This document shows positions 48,703 through 60,266 of a stretch of 64,000 nt of DNA, one piece after another; position 1 is the stretch's first letter; every line of letters starts with the position of its first letter. The stretch comes from Rebecca billardiae RCC1528 (taxonomy: Eukaryota; Protista; Haptophyta), in assembly GCA_965240325.2 (NCBI GenBank), contig OZ251236.1, positions 1,488,001-1,552,000 on the forward strand. The letters run 5' to 3'. The notes under the pieces are model-generated. The model searched no databases. It worked only from the letters and a program-made list of their open reading frames with translations, and was not told where the DNA came from. The translations under genes were made by a program, and so were the position numbers.

Positions 48703-50657
48703 GGTGGGTCCCTGGCGATTTTCCAGCGTTCTTTTAAACATTTACCGGGTTTTCTCGCCGGATTTCTTTTCGCGCGGGGCGCGGCTCGGGAAAATCGCCG
48801 GGCCGCCGGCCGAGGTCCGATCTGAACGCTCCCGACGATGTCGGAGCGCCTCTCCAGCGCGACCGAGCCGCCGTGTGTCGGGTAGACCACAGCCGACACC
48901 TATCGCGCGCTCGAGCGCTTTGCGCGTGCTCACGGATGGGATCCGTGGTCACACATCCCCCGCCTGGCACGTGCCCGCATGTTTGACTCTCGCCCGGCTA
49001 GACGCGTACAGACAACTTGAATCGATCGGCGGGTGTTCGACCCGTGCCTTCGAGCAGGGTCAGTTTTTGCCACATGCGGGTCAGGCGACGGGAGGCATGG
49101 GCCAGTATCGTGCTCGGGCATGCTCTTGACGCTCCCGCCATCTTGAGCAGCTCAACGCACCGTGAAGGTGACATTTGGGCTGCGCGCAAGCTGCTCGTGA
49201 GAACGCACGACAGCCAGCCCCGGGCTCTCGGGGAGTCATGTAAGCGATTGGCGACTTCCGAGAGGGTGTGTTTGGTGGGGGTTGGTACCAATCATCGACC
49301 AGCAGGCCTAGGATGGGTGCACTGAGGACTTGGGATGCTGAGAAGCCGCCGCGATGTGCGGCGAGCACGCCGACTTGCCATCCGTGTGCACGATCCAGCG
49401 CCAGGAAGATCAGCAGGGCCTTTGACAGCGGCAGCAGGCGCTCAGCCATCCTTCCCTATGCCGAGTGTGGGCATAGCCTGCGGTGCTCGAGGGTGGTCGC
49501 AGGATATGGGTCCATTCTTGACAGAACGCGGTCGCGTTGACAGGCGCGGGTGCCACCCCACGCTGTTGCTCCTGCCATCGGGTGGTCCCACTCGTTCCGC
49601 TTGTGGTCTGCGAAGACTCGTACTCAGCAACTCTACGGCTCGGCGTAGTAGCCCCCCAGACGCATGGCTGATGATTGCCCGGCACGTCCTCGTCGTCACG
49701 TTGGGTGTACTTGAGCGAGCGGAAGCCGCAACGTGATGGCTAGGCCAGCAGCTCAACCATCTGACGTCTCGCCGGCCAACTGGCTGAGTGCTCTCAGCCT
49801 AGCAGCAGCGTCGGTGAACCTATCGTATTGCTGCCTGGCGAGAAGATGGTAGGAGGCATCGTCGGCGGCATGGGCTGCAGCTGCGGTAGTCGTGGACTGG
49901 TGGCGGCCTCACGCGGGTGGGCATACGACGACCGGTGACACGCGGAGTACGAGCACGGAAGCCGCTGAACGCGGCAACTAGCTCCGGCGGTGGCGTTGGC
50001 TGATAGTCCAGCCTCGACGGCGGAGGGCTCCCGTGTGACGACGGTGGCATGCTCGGTGGCGGGCGATGGTGTGTGCCTCGGCACGCAGCCCGCCACAAAC
50101 ACTGCCACTCGCAGGCAGTCCGCCGGTTGCGGCCCGGGTTGCCTGTGTCCGCGTCGCTCCGGGCGCCTATTCGATGACCCAACAAACGTACCCACTTATC
50201 GGAACGAATTTGAATATATAGTGAACCGCACCCACGGTCAATATAAAGTGGGTAACACTCATACTATATACGGGTAAGTGGCTATATATAAAGTGGGTAA
50301 TATGCTCGATCTTGCTGTAGTTTGTTGGAGGTATCAGCGCACAGCATAGAGCCCCACTCTTTGCTTCATAAAATGGTTCGGTCGGGTGTCAACGGTTGCC
50401 AATAAGTCATTCCGATCGCATGTCGCCATCTAGCCACCATAACCATGAAGTAACGCTTCGCAAAATCTCTATGTGACACGACTGGCGCGGCGCGCGCGCG
50501 CTCGGCCGCGCGACGGCACGCGGAGTAGGTTTTGAGGTCGAAACTTTTGCTCCGCCCCGATGGGACGCATTTATAGCGTCGATTCTGGGTGAGAGACAAA
50601 ATCTAGGACGTCATTCTGAGTGCGCCAGAATATCGCCCCAGTTGGGAGGGACCCACC
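48703..50657. mobile_element. Putative ~1.95-kb non-autonomous TIR element
   Basis: TA|GGTGGGTCCCT at the left and AGGGACCCACC|TA at the right bound a lower-GC block without a recognisable gene. Confidence 0.55.
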
Positions 50658-50799
50658 TAATGATACTATCATAGTCATAGTCATCTACTATCTAGGCGTC
50701 GTCTGCTACTTCGTCATGTCGTCATCGATCATCCGAGCAGGCGCAAAGTTGATGGCGCAGCAGACGTGATAGCCCCGCGACACTGATATGCTGATGAGG

Positions 50800-52617
50800 C
50801 TACCCGGCCCGAGCGCGCTTCCCGGCCCCGACCGCTCCGCCCGGGCCTCCCGGCGCAGCGCTCGCCGGCCGCTTCTTGCCAGCTGCCGGCTTGGGCACGT
50901 AGCTGGGGTCAGGCATCCACGCGCCGGCGCGAGAGTCCCAGAGCTTGCCAGCGGGCGCGCGGCCCCGTGGCCGCGGCACCCCGCCGTCCGCCGCTCGCCC
51001 CTTCGCCCCGGCCGAGGCGGCCGTGGGGCGCGCGGGGCCCGCGGCCTTGGCCTTTGGCTTGGCTTTGGCTTTGGCCGGCGCCTTGAGCTTCGGTGCCGAG
51101 AAGCTGGGCGCGGCCTGGATCCGACCGACCACGGCGTTGCCGCGGTAGCCCTCGGAGAAGGACTTGATCTTCACGTCGGGCCTGCCACCGCCGGGGCCCT
51201 CGAGCAGGTTGGCGCCGCCAGCCTCGAGCTTGCGCCGCAGCGTGGGCAGGTCGAGCAGAGCGACGTCCGGCCTGGCGCGCGCCTGGCTCACCTTGCTGCC
51301 GGTGAGTCGGGGGCGGGCGCGCGGCGCGCGGGGTGCATGAGCGGCGGCAAGGGGCGCGGGCGCCCCGCGCGGACGGCACGAGCACACCTGTACCCGGGCT
51401 CCTTGCCGACGAGGAGCATGGTCGTCTTGCCCGACACCGCGCTCGTCACTGCAGCGCGCGCGCACGCAGGCGCAAGGCGGGCAAGCGGGCGGGGTGGCGG
51501 GGTGGCGTGTGCTGAGCGCCAGCTGCGCGCGTCGCGTGGTGCGCGCCGCGGCGGCCGCGTGCACTTGGCGGGGCCGCGCAGGCGCACCTCGGCCGCCGAA
51601 CCGCTCGACGAGCGCGCGCGCCCGGTCCTTGCCCAGGTTGAGCCCCGCGCCGCCGCCCAGCTCGGGGAAGATGCCTGTGAGCACCACAGTCTGCCCGGCC
51701 AGCGCGTTGGAGGGCGGCGGCGCAGAGACGAGCGCGCCGCCGCTCGGGGCGGGCTTGGACACCGCGGCTGAGCCGGGCTTGGGCGCGGCCGCCGCGGGCT
51801 TGCTCGCGGCGGCGCCCTTTCCCGCGGGCGCGGGCTTGGCCCCCGCCCCCGCCGCCCCCGCCGCCCCCGCCTTGGCGCCCTTGGCGGCGCCGGGCTTGGC
51901 GGCTTTGCCCTGCAGCTTGGCCCAGTGTGCCTTGTTCATGCAGTGCGCCGCCACCTCGCGCAGCGCGGCCGCGGGGAGCGTGTCGATGCCGGCGAGCAGC
52001 ACCGCGCCCATGCGCAGCAGCGCCGCCTCGAACGCCGCCGGATCGGCACACGCCGCCGGGTCGGGCAGCCCGAGCCACACCTTGGCCGGCACGCGCCAGC
52101 ACGCGAGGTGGCGCCACCGGCCGTAAGAGCCCGACTCCTCGTCCAGCGAGCCGACGCGCACGGCGCCCTTGGCGATGAGCGGCATCGCGCCGCAGGTGTT
52201 GCCCGACGTGGCCTGGCACTTCGAACGGCCCGAGCGGGCGAGCTCCACCTTGTACGGCGGGACAGGCTCGTCCGCCGCCGCGGCGAAGAAGTCCCACGAC
52301 TGGAAGGACGAGCCTGCCGCGCTCGCCTCGGCGGCGCCAAAGCTGTCGGCCGTGGAGCGGTCGCGCGCGGCGAGGAGGGAGCTGACGGCAGCGCTGGCGC
52401 ACAGCTCGCGCAGCACCTCGAACGCCGCCTGGATCTCGCGGAACACCTCGGCGCTGCCGCCCTTGTCCGGATGAGCCTTGAGCACCACCTTGAAGTACGC
52501 CTTCTTCACGATGGCGAACTCGTCGCTCAGGCTGGCGCAGCCGGACAGGGCGGCCTGCGGGTCGGCCAGGCCGATCGTCACGAGGCAGGCGTGCACGGTC
52601 TTATTGCCGCTCGCCAT
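50800..52617 (-). CDS. DnaJ domain + PARP-type zinc finger + BRCT + AT-hook-like protein; 3 exons
   Basis: KKAYF...HPDKGG; YKVELARSGRSKC...C...IAKG.VRVG...WRHLAC; VVLTGIF...FGGR|VTSAVSGKTTMLLVGKEPGY|SKV (introns 51449-51587 and 51296-51387); RPRGRAP. Confidence 0.85.
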   Translation of the reverse strand: MASGNKTVHACLVTIGLADPQAALSGCASLSDEFAIVKKAYFKVVLKAHPDKGGSAEVFREIQAAFEVLRELCASAAVSSLLAARDRSTADSFGAAEASAAGSSFQSWDFFAAAADEPVPPYKVELARSGRSKCQATSGNTCGAMPLIAKGAVRVGSLDEESGSYGRWRHLACWRVPAKVWLGLPDPAACADPAAFEAALLRMGAVLLAGIDTLPAAALREVAAHCMNKAHWAKLQGKAAKPGAAKGAKAGAAGAAGAGAKPAPAGKGAAASKPAAAAPKPGSAAVSKPAPSGGALVSAPPPSNALAGQTVVLTGIFPELGGGAGLNLGKDRARALVERFGGRGAPARPRQVHAAAAARTTRRAQLALSTRHPATPPACPPCACVRARCSDERGVGQDDHAPRRQGARVQVCSCRPRGAPAPLAAAHAPRAPRARPRLTGSKVSQARARPDVALLDLPTLRRKLEAGGANLLEGPGGGRPDVKIKSFSEGYRGNAVVGRIQAAPSFSAPKLKAPAKAKAKPKAKAAGPARPTAASAGAKGRAADGGVPRPRGRAPAGKLWDSRAGAWMPDPSYVPKPAAGKKRPASAAPGGPGGAVGAGKRARAG

Positions 52618-52864
52618 GGGTGCGGGATGCTGCAGCGGCCGCGGGAAGCACGAGCGGACGAGCCGGAGCCTGTAGCCCTCGCGCGTCGGAGGAGTGACGG
52701 TTGCCACCTCGGGTCCGCGAGGTTGTCCTGTCCTCCGCACGGCGTCGCTTCGAACACGGCACGAATGTCCGATTTGACTTTCCAGATGACAGTGTCGATC
52801 TACAGTGCTGAGTGTCACTCTCGGCAAGGGAGTCACTCCCTTGCCGTGACTCCCTTGCTCTCGG

Positions 52865-52963
52865 GCTCTCTCTGTGTGTGTGTGTGTGTGACAGACTGTG
52901 TGTGTGTGTGTGTGTGTGCGCGCGCGCGTGCGTGTGTGCGTACGTGTGTGTACGTGTGTGTGT
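52865..52963. repeat. Compound microsatellite (CT)n-(GT)n-(CG)n-(GT)n
   Basis: Directly visible. Confidence 0.9.
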
Positions 52964-53030
52964 GGATGGCGGATGCGCCGCGCCGACGCCTCTGACGGGG
53001 GCTCCGAAGAGGACGGCTGGTGACGAAGTA

Positions 53031-55611
53031 CTACAGCGGGAAGGTGGGCGCCTGGCGCGTCCAGTTGGCGGCCGACTCGTAGAGCACGCGCGGCACAAAC
53101 GGCGCGTACGGGTCCTGCGCGCGCCGCTCGAGCAGCCACGCGATGGTGCGCTCGAGCTCCGCCTTGACGCGGCCGTACGCGCGGGCCGACGCCTCGGCGT
53201 CGGCCGGGTCGAGCTCGGTCGTGTCGAACGGCGCGCCGAAGCAGTAGTAGTACCGCGGCGGCGGGAGGCGCGGCAGCGCGATCGGCGACACCCACGGCTC
53301 CCCCGGCCGGCCCGCCACCTCCGGCACCTGCGCCGCGCTCTCGCGCACGCGCGCGCCGATGCCGGCGGGGAGGCTGAGCAGCTCGTCCGAGTCGAGGACC
53401 ACCTCGTACCCGTCCTCCGCGCCGACGCACGCGACGGGCACCACCGTCGCGTTGAACCTCGCCGCGGTGCGCATGAAGTCGGCGGAGGTGGCGGGGCTGG
53501 GCCAGAAAAGGCGGTACCGCTCGCCCTTGCGCTTGAACGCCTCGCGCACGCCTGGCAGCGCGCGGCGCGGGGGCGGGCGGAGGGAGGGAGGGGCGCGGTG
53601 GGCGCGCGCGCGAAGGCGCGGCGCGGCGCGCGCGGCGCCGCCGCGCGCCGCTCACCGCCGGGGAAGAGCAGCGCCGCCTCGCCTCGCTGCAGCAGCCGGT
53701 AGAGAGAGCGCGCGGAGGATGGCACCGCCCCAAACGCGGCCCACGAGCTCATCACCGTCGGGTCGAGGCTGCCGCCGGTTGGGGCGTCGGGCGCGGCGGC
53801 GAAGGGGTCGTCGGCGTCGGCGCGGCCGAGCTGCCCCGCCGCGCCCATCGCGCCCACGTCCGCCTCGCCGCCCGGCTGCGCGCGCACCTCCGCCTCGTGC
53901 GCCAGCGCCGCGCCCGCCTCCGCGCCCACGTCCACGCCCGCCAGCTCGGCGGCCAGCTCGGCGTCCAGCTCCGCGTCGCGCGCCGCGTGCTCCTCGCGCC
54001 CGGTGCGGAAGGCGACGGGGTGGGCGAGGCCGCGCGCGAGCACGCCGCGCGAGCGGTGCAGCTCCTCCACGAGCAGCGGCAGGTCCGTCGTGCCGAACAG
54101 CTGGTGGTTCCCCACGAAGAGCAGCGGGCGCGCGCTGCCGTCAGGCCGGCGCGGCCGCGGCACGGCCGCCAGCCCGGGGAGCCGCGCGCCGTCGGCGCCC
54201 GTCGAGAAGAAGACGGGCGAGACGAGGCGGCGGAGCGGGCGGAGCGCGCGCTCGGCCGCGCGGAAGGCCGCGTCGGACGGCCCCGTGAACTCGGCCACGT
54301 AGTCCCTCCGCGCGGGCGTGGGCAGCGCCAGCACGCCCTCCTGCCGCAGGATCGCGCCCAGGTCGATGCCCGGCTCCAGCAGCGGCGTGTGCGACGCGCC
54401 GCGCAGCAGCCGCACGCGCGCGCCGCGCAGCCGGCGGCGGATGGCGTCGGCGGCGTGGGTGGAGGGGACGACGAGGTCCTCGGTCGACGCGAGCACCAGC
54501 GTGGGCACGCGCGCCTCCGTCCAGTCCCGCGCGTTCAGCAGCGCGGCGTAACGGTCGAGCTCGCGCAGCCGGAACGCCAGCGTCGCGCGCGGCAGCGCGC
54601 GCGGCAGCTGCTCGAGCGTCGGCAGCAGCTCGGAGAGGCGGCGCGCGACGGAGATGGGCTGGGCGAGGCGCTCGGAGAGGCGCGAGCCCAGCCGGTCGAC
54701 CGCCGAGCGCCGCTCCTCGCCGCCGCCGCCGCCGCCCTCCTCGCCCTCGCCCGCCGGCGCGTCCGCGTTGGCGCCGCGCTCCGCGCGCGCATGCGCGTGC
54801 GCGCCGCCGCCGCCGTGCGAGCGCGCCGCCGTCGAGCGCGCGGGCGCGAGCACGGGCGTGAGCACGGGCGTGACGAGCGAGGGCAGGCTCTCGTACAGCC
54901 GGTCGGGCAGCGCCTCGAGCGCGGCGGCGAGCGAGGGCCACGGCGTGCGCCCGATCGCCGTCGCCGGGTTGATGAGCACGAGCGCGGCGAGCGAGTGCGC
55001 GCCGCCCGCCTTGCCCACGCGCAGCGCGGCGTCGAGCGCGATCACGCCGCCAAACGACTCGCCGAGCAGGACCGCGCGCCGGCCCTGCGCGGAGACGCGC
55101 TCGAGCTCGGCGAGGACGACGCGGTGCAGCTCGTCCGCGGGCGTGCGGTCCCCCGGCGCCACGCGGAAGATCCGCACCTCGTAGTCCGCCGCCAGCCGCT
55201 CGAGCTGCTTCGAGATGGTGAACCCCGAGAACTCGATGCCCGGCACGTACACGAGCACGGGCCTGGCGCGCGCGCTGCTGCCCGAGAGGGCGGCCTGGCG
55301 CGCGCGCGCGCGCGCGCCCGCGGCGCACGCCGGGCCGTCGTCGTCCAGCGGCGAGAAGAAGGACGGCGGGCCGTCGCGCATCACATACGCGTTGAGGTCG
55401 CCCGCGGGCGCGGGCGACGCGGGCGAGGGCGAGGGCGAGGGCGAGGGCGGCGGCGAGAGCGGCGAGCGGCGGGGGGAGCGCACGGCGTCGTCGTCGAGCG
55501 CGCGCCTGCTCGCCGGCACGCCAGGCATGTTGGTCGTCGTCGCGAGCAGCACGCGCGAGCGCGGCGCGCGGCGCAGCATCGCGCGCGTCGCCGTGTGCGC
55601 ATGCACCGCCT

Positions 55612-55649
<38 letters not shown>

Positions 55650-55711
55650 ACGCACGCGCAGGCGAGGCCGAGGAAGAGCACGCCGACGAGCGTGACGGAC
55701 GAGGCCGGCAT
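53031..55711 (-). CDS. Phytyl ester synthase / ELT-family esterase-acyltransferase; 2 exons
   Basis: Alpha/beta hydrolase (YVPGIE, LLGESFGG, LINPAT, D..VPS, SHTPLLE) plus an LPLAT domain (FVGNHQLFG..D, RGLAHP, LFPG|GVREA). Intron 53552-53655. Bipartite targeting peptide. Confidence 0.88.
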
Positions 55712-56114
55712 CGTGCGCCGCGGCGGGCGGCGGCGCGCGCGCGGCGGCGCGCGCGTGCTCGACTGTGTGCTGCGCGGGGCTGACGCCACTGATGTCAACA
55801 AGTCACCCAGCACGACCAGTCTTGATCAGCAGTCGCAAATTCGCGAGCGGTTAAAGATTGACCACCTATTGGCCCACCGCGACAAGTTTGTGTCCACGCA
55901 GCCCAACTAATTCCGTCACACATGCAACCGAGGTCATAGAGTTTCGTTCGGGAGCCACTGTCCAGGACCTCGCGCCATTGATTAGGAGGACTCGAGAGAA
56001 TGACGGCTCAGAGAGGCTTGCCTTGTGACGGCCGCGTGGCGCATGCACGGCTGGGCGCGCTGCCACACGGCGCATACTCGACCGCACTGACGGGCCGCCG
56101 CGCGCGGCCTTGCG

Positions 56115-57707
56115 ATGGACGCGCAGCTGCTCGCGGCACTGCTCGCAGCGGTCGCGTCGGCCGTGCTGCCCGCGCTCATCTGGCTCGTGCTGATGCACTG
56201 GCAGCAGCAGCCCACGCCCAGGCACCGCCCGCGCGCCGGCGCACCCGGCGGCGCCGACGGCGCGGACGACGCCGACGCGCTCGCGCGCGCGGCGCGCTGC
56301 TCGCGCGCGGCGGCGGAGGGGCTGTCGTGGCACGTGTCCGTTGGCGATGGCGACGCGCTCTTCGTGCCCTTCGAGCTCGTCGAGCGCATCCTCTCCCTCG
56401 CGCCCCCGGCCGACCGGTGGCGCGCGGCGGCCGTGTGCCACTGCTGGCGCGAGGCGAGCAAGGGTGGCGCCGCGCTCGTCAGCGTGGCCATCGACGGGCC
56501 CGCGCGCGCGCGCGCGCTGGCGAGCACGCTGCGCGCGCGCGAGGCCACGTCGCTCCGCCTGTGCGGCCGCGCGCAGGCCCTGCCCGCTCCCGCGCTGCGC
56601 GCGCTGCTGCGCCGCTGTCCGGCTTGCATCTCCTCGCTCGGGCTGGCACGCACGCCCGCGCTCGAGGACGCGTGCCTCGACGCGGCGGCGGAGGAGAGCG
56701 AGGGGGAGGAGGAGGAGGCAGGCGCGGATGGGCCGGCCGAGGTGCGCCTCTGCCTCGCCTCGCTCGACGCGAGCATGACGGGCCTGGGCGACGCGTGCGT
56801 GCGCGCTCTGCTGGTGGGCGGCAGCGGCGCCGAGCACGCGCCCGTGCGCGCGCGCTCGCTCGTGGCGGCGCACTGCGCGCAGCTGAGCGAGCACGGGCTC
56901 GCGCTGCTCGCGGCGGCGCAGCCCGCGCTCACCGAGCTCAACCTCTCCTACTGCGCCGCGCTGCGCGGCTGCGCCGCCCTGCCCGAGCTGCTGCCCGCGT
57001 GCAGCCACTCGCTGCGCTGCCTCGACCTCTCCGGCCTGCCGCACTGCGGCGACGAGATTGCAATCTCGGCGGCGGAGGCGCTGCGCGCGGTGGAGAGCGT
57101 GCGCATGTTCGGGTGCAAGGCGCTCGGGCTCGTGGGCGCGCGCGCGCTCACGCGCATCCCCACGCTGCGCGCCCTCGACCTCGGGCTGTGCCCGCAGCTC
57201 GCGCGCGCGCTCGGCGCGGAGGCGGCCGAGGCCGAGGCGGCCGGCCGGCCGGCGCCGCCGCCGCTCTTCCCGCGCGATGGCGCGGGCGGCGGCGCGCCCG
57301 CGGGCGCGGACGGTGCCGCCACGGCCGCGGCCGCGGTCGAGGCCGGCGCGCCCGCCGGCGCCCCCGCCGACGCCCCCGCCGACGCCCCCGCCGACGGCGC
57401 GTCGGCTGCCCTCCGCGCCGCGCCGGCCGCGCCCCTCGAGCAACTCGGTCTCTTCCGCACGGCGAGCGCGGCGCTGCTGGCCGAGCTGGCGCACTCGCGC
57501 GCGGCGCGCACGCTGCGCGAGCTCGACGTGCGCGCGTGCGACGGGGTGCTCGACGCGCACGTGCCGCTGCTGGCGCGCTTCCGCTCGCTGCGCGTGGCGG
57601 AGCTGCAGGGCGTGCGGCTGAGCGCTGCGGGTGTCGCCTCGCTGCAGCAGGCGCTGCCCGGCTGTGAGCTGCGCACCAAGAAGCGCAGCGGCGCGCAGCC
57701 GGGCTGA
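56115..57707 (+). CDS. F-box/LRR protein with N-terminal hydrophobic anchor
   Basis: F-box VPFELVERILSL...AAAVCHCWR. Cys-containing LRRs LTELNLSYC, LRCLDLSG and LRALDLGLC. Confidence 0.8.
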   Translation: MDAQLLAALLAAVASAVLPALIWLVLMHWQQQPTPRHRPRAGAPGGADGADDADALARAARCSRAAAEGLSWHVSVGDGDALFVPFELVERILSLAPPADRWRAAAVCHCWREASKGGAALVSVAIDGPARARALASTLRAREATSLRLCGRAQALPAPALRALLRRCPACISSLGLARTPALEDACLDAAAEESEGEEEEAGADGPAEVRLCLASLDASMTGLGDACVRALLVGGSGAEHAPVRARSLVAAHCAQLSEHGLALLAAAQPALTELNLSYCAALRGCAALPELLPACSHSLRCLDLSGLPHCGDEIAISAAEALRAVESVRMFGCKALGLVGARALTRIPTLRALDLGLCPQLARALGAEAAEAEAAGRPAPPPLFPRDGAGGGAPAGADGAATAAAAVEAGAPAGAPADAPADAPADGASAALRAAPAAPLEQLGLFRTASAALLAELAHSRAARTLRELDVRACDGVLDAHVPLLARFRSLRVAELQGVRLSAAGVASLQQALPGCELRTKKRSGAQPG

Positions 57708-57935
57708 CGGCGCGCTGCCGCCTGCCGTGGGAGGGCACAGTGGGTAGTGTGCGCCGCCCAGGGCGCTCTTAGTAGTCTCAGTAGTCAGTCATGATCACTT
57801 CAAGAAGGGGGCGCCCATTTCCTCGCGTCGTCATCTCCGGTCGCTCGTCGTTGGCGAATGCGACTAAATTCCGTCCAGGCTCGGCCAACCGTCCGCCGGC
57901 ACGGCCACCGCGGTTGGTGGCGTCGCGCATCGCTC

Positions 57936-59224
57936 ATGCTGCTCGGACGCAGGCTCGGCGCTCTCGGCGCGGCGTCCCCGCGGCCTGCGGCGCGGCCGCT
58001 TGGCGCGGCGCGGCCACTCGCCACCCCCGCGGCCGCCGCGCCCGCCGGCCGCGTGGTCGGCGGCGCCAACCTCGACTGGGGCCGGCTGCCGTTCAACTAC
58101 CACGAGACTGCGGCGGTCGTGCGGTACGAGTGGGCGGACGGCGTGTGGGACGCGGGGACGGAGCACGCCGACCCGCACGTCAAGGTGCACCTCCTCTCGC
58201 ACATCATCAACTTCGGCCAGGGCTGCTTCGAAGGGCTCAAGGTGTTCCACACGCAGGATGGGCGCGTGGTCGCGTTCAACCCGACGTGCAACGCGCGCCG
58301 GCTGCAGAGCTCCGCCGCGCGGCTCTCGCTGCCGCAGGTGCCCGAGGAGCTCTTCCTCGAGGGCGTCGAGCGCGCCATCCGCGCCAACCTCGAGTACGTC
58401 CCGCCGTACGGCTCAGGCGGCGCGATGTACGTCCGGCCCGTGCTGTTCGGCCACGGCGCTGAGATGCACCTCGTCGCGCCGCCGCGCGCGACGTTCGCCG
58501 TCGCGGCGACGCCGGTGGGCCCCTTCTTCCCGCGCGAGGCGGGGCTCAAGCCGGTGAGCGCGCTCGTCGTCACCGACTACGACCGCGCCGCCACGCGCGG
58601 CACGGGGCGGTACAAGGTGGGCGGCAACTACTCGCCAGACATGCTCGTCTCGGGCCGCACGCGCTCCAAGGGCTTCGACGTGAGCCTCTTCCTCGACTCG
58701 GCGACGCAGAGCTACGTCGACGTGCGCGCGCGCGCGCGCGCGGCGAGCCCCGCCGCTCCGCCCGCGCGCCCACGCCCCCGCGCGCCCACGCGCACGCGCC
58801 GTCCCGCGCCGTCCCGCGCCGTCCCGCGCGCGCGCGCGCGTGTCAGGAGTTCTCGGTGGCCAACTTTGTGGGGATCAGCAAGGAGGGCGCGCTGGTGACG
58901 CCGCAGTCCGACTCGATCCTGCCCTCGTGCACGAAGGGCGTGGTGATGCGCGTGGCGGAGCGGCTGGGGCTGCGCGTGGAGCAGCGCCCGCTGCCGTGGA
59001 GCGAGGCGCTCACGCTCTCCGAGGCGGCGGCGTGCGGCACCGCCGTCGTGCTCACGCCGATGGCCTCGCTCACGCGCGAGGCCGACCCCGAGGGGCGGTG
59101 GCCGCACGAGGAGGTGCGCTTCAAGGGGCACGGCACCATCCAGCGGCTGTACGACCACGTGGTCGCGCTCCAGCTCGGCGAGGAGGAGGACCCCGACGGG
59201 CTGCTGCACGAGGTGCACGTCTGA
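57936..59224 (+). CDS. ilvE: Branched-chain amino acid aminotransferase, probably mitochondrial; 2 exons
   Basis: FGQGCFEGLK, YVRP and KVGGNY. Intron 58722-58846 restores YVD|EFSVAN. SILPS.T and CGTAVV. Arg/Ala-rich presequence. Confidence 0.92.
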
Positions 59225-59608
59225 CGAGGTCCTAGACGCTGACCTGGTGCTCGGCTGCAGTACCCGGTCCGAATGCGCCGGCGCGGGCTGACGCTCGGCG
59301 TCCGCGCAGTCGGAGCAGCTAAGTCGTAGTACTCACACTAGTAGTCAGCGAGCAGCATCAGCAGCATATGACAATGAGGCCGGCCTAGCTTATTCCACAT
59401 CAGCAGCTGTGGCTGTGCTGACACTGTGCGGTACGGCCGTATGTAGCGGTGGACCGGGTACTCTATTGAGCGTACTGATTTCATATATATATTTGAGCAG
59501 CAGCAGCAGTGTCAGCGCTGCATTGCCTGGTCCAGGAATAACGGTCCATCGACCATCGTCGGGCCGAGCGACCGCGCGTATACGACTAGCAGAAGTACGA
59601 TGATGGGC

Positions 59609-60154
59609 TCAGTCCATTCGCACTGCTGCCAGCACTTCGAGCCGGTCGGCGTCGATGAACGAGACGGCGCGCTTCTCGTCGGCCGCCGCGACGTGGAGCA
59701 AGTGCAGCGCCAGCATGCACTCCGCGCGGCACAGCATTACGTACGGGTTGTCGTCCTTGCCCACGCCCAGGTCGAGGAAGGGCTCGGCCTGCGCCAGGCC
59801 GCTGAGCGCCTTCAGCAGCGCGGACTGGTTGGCGAGGACGCCCGTGATCCACGCGCGTAGTAGCTCGGCCTCGCCGTCGGAGAGCGCGCTGTCAGCATCG
59901 TGCGCCCGCCTGGCCACCGTCTCTGCGAGCAGCGCGTCCACGTCCGCGGCCGCGCCCGCCTGCAGCCCCTTCACCAGCGCGTTGATGGCGAGCGGCTCGA
60001 TCGGCGGCCGCGCGGAGCGGAAGGGGTCGGCGCCTGCGCACACGCGCGCGCGTGGCGTGACGTGGCTCGCGAGCCGCGCGCTCGCCGGCAGGAGCGCCGA
60101 GCGGCCGCAGAGCACATTTGGGATCAGCACCGCCACGATCGAGAGGGCCGCCAT
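59609..60154 (-). CDS. Small hypothetical protein, probably plastid-targeted
   Basis: Signal plus transit-like N-terminus (MAALSIVAVLIPNVLC...) followed by a globular-looking region (IEPLAINAL...RAECMLAL...FIDADRLEVL). Confidence 0.65.
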   Translation of the reverse strand: MAALSIVAVLIPNVLCGRSALLPASARLASHVTPRARVCAGADPFRSARPPIEPLAINALVKGLQAGAAADVDALLAETVARRAHDADSALSDGEAELLRAWITGVLANQSALLKALSGLAQAEPFLDLGVGKDDNPYVMLCRAECMLALHLLHVAAADEKRAVSFIDADRLEVLAAVRMD

Positions 60155-60266
60155 CGTGAATAAGGAGGACTGCGTGGAGCGGCGGCCGGCGGACATCCTG
60201 GATTTGCTGGGCCCTGACGAGCGGTGCCCGCGAGAGTACGCCCGTCCATCGCCCGGCGCGCGCGCG

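Noticed and set aside
50800-55813. ORFs 50800-53733 and 52601-55813 as single long proteins
   Set aside because: They read through a microsatellite spacer and introns. The evidence supports two separate spliced genes.
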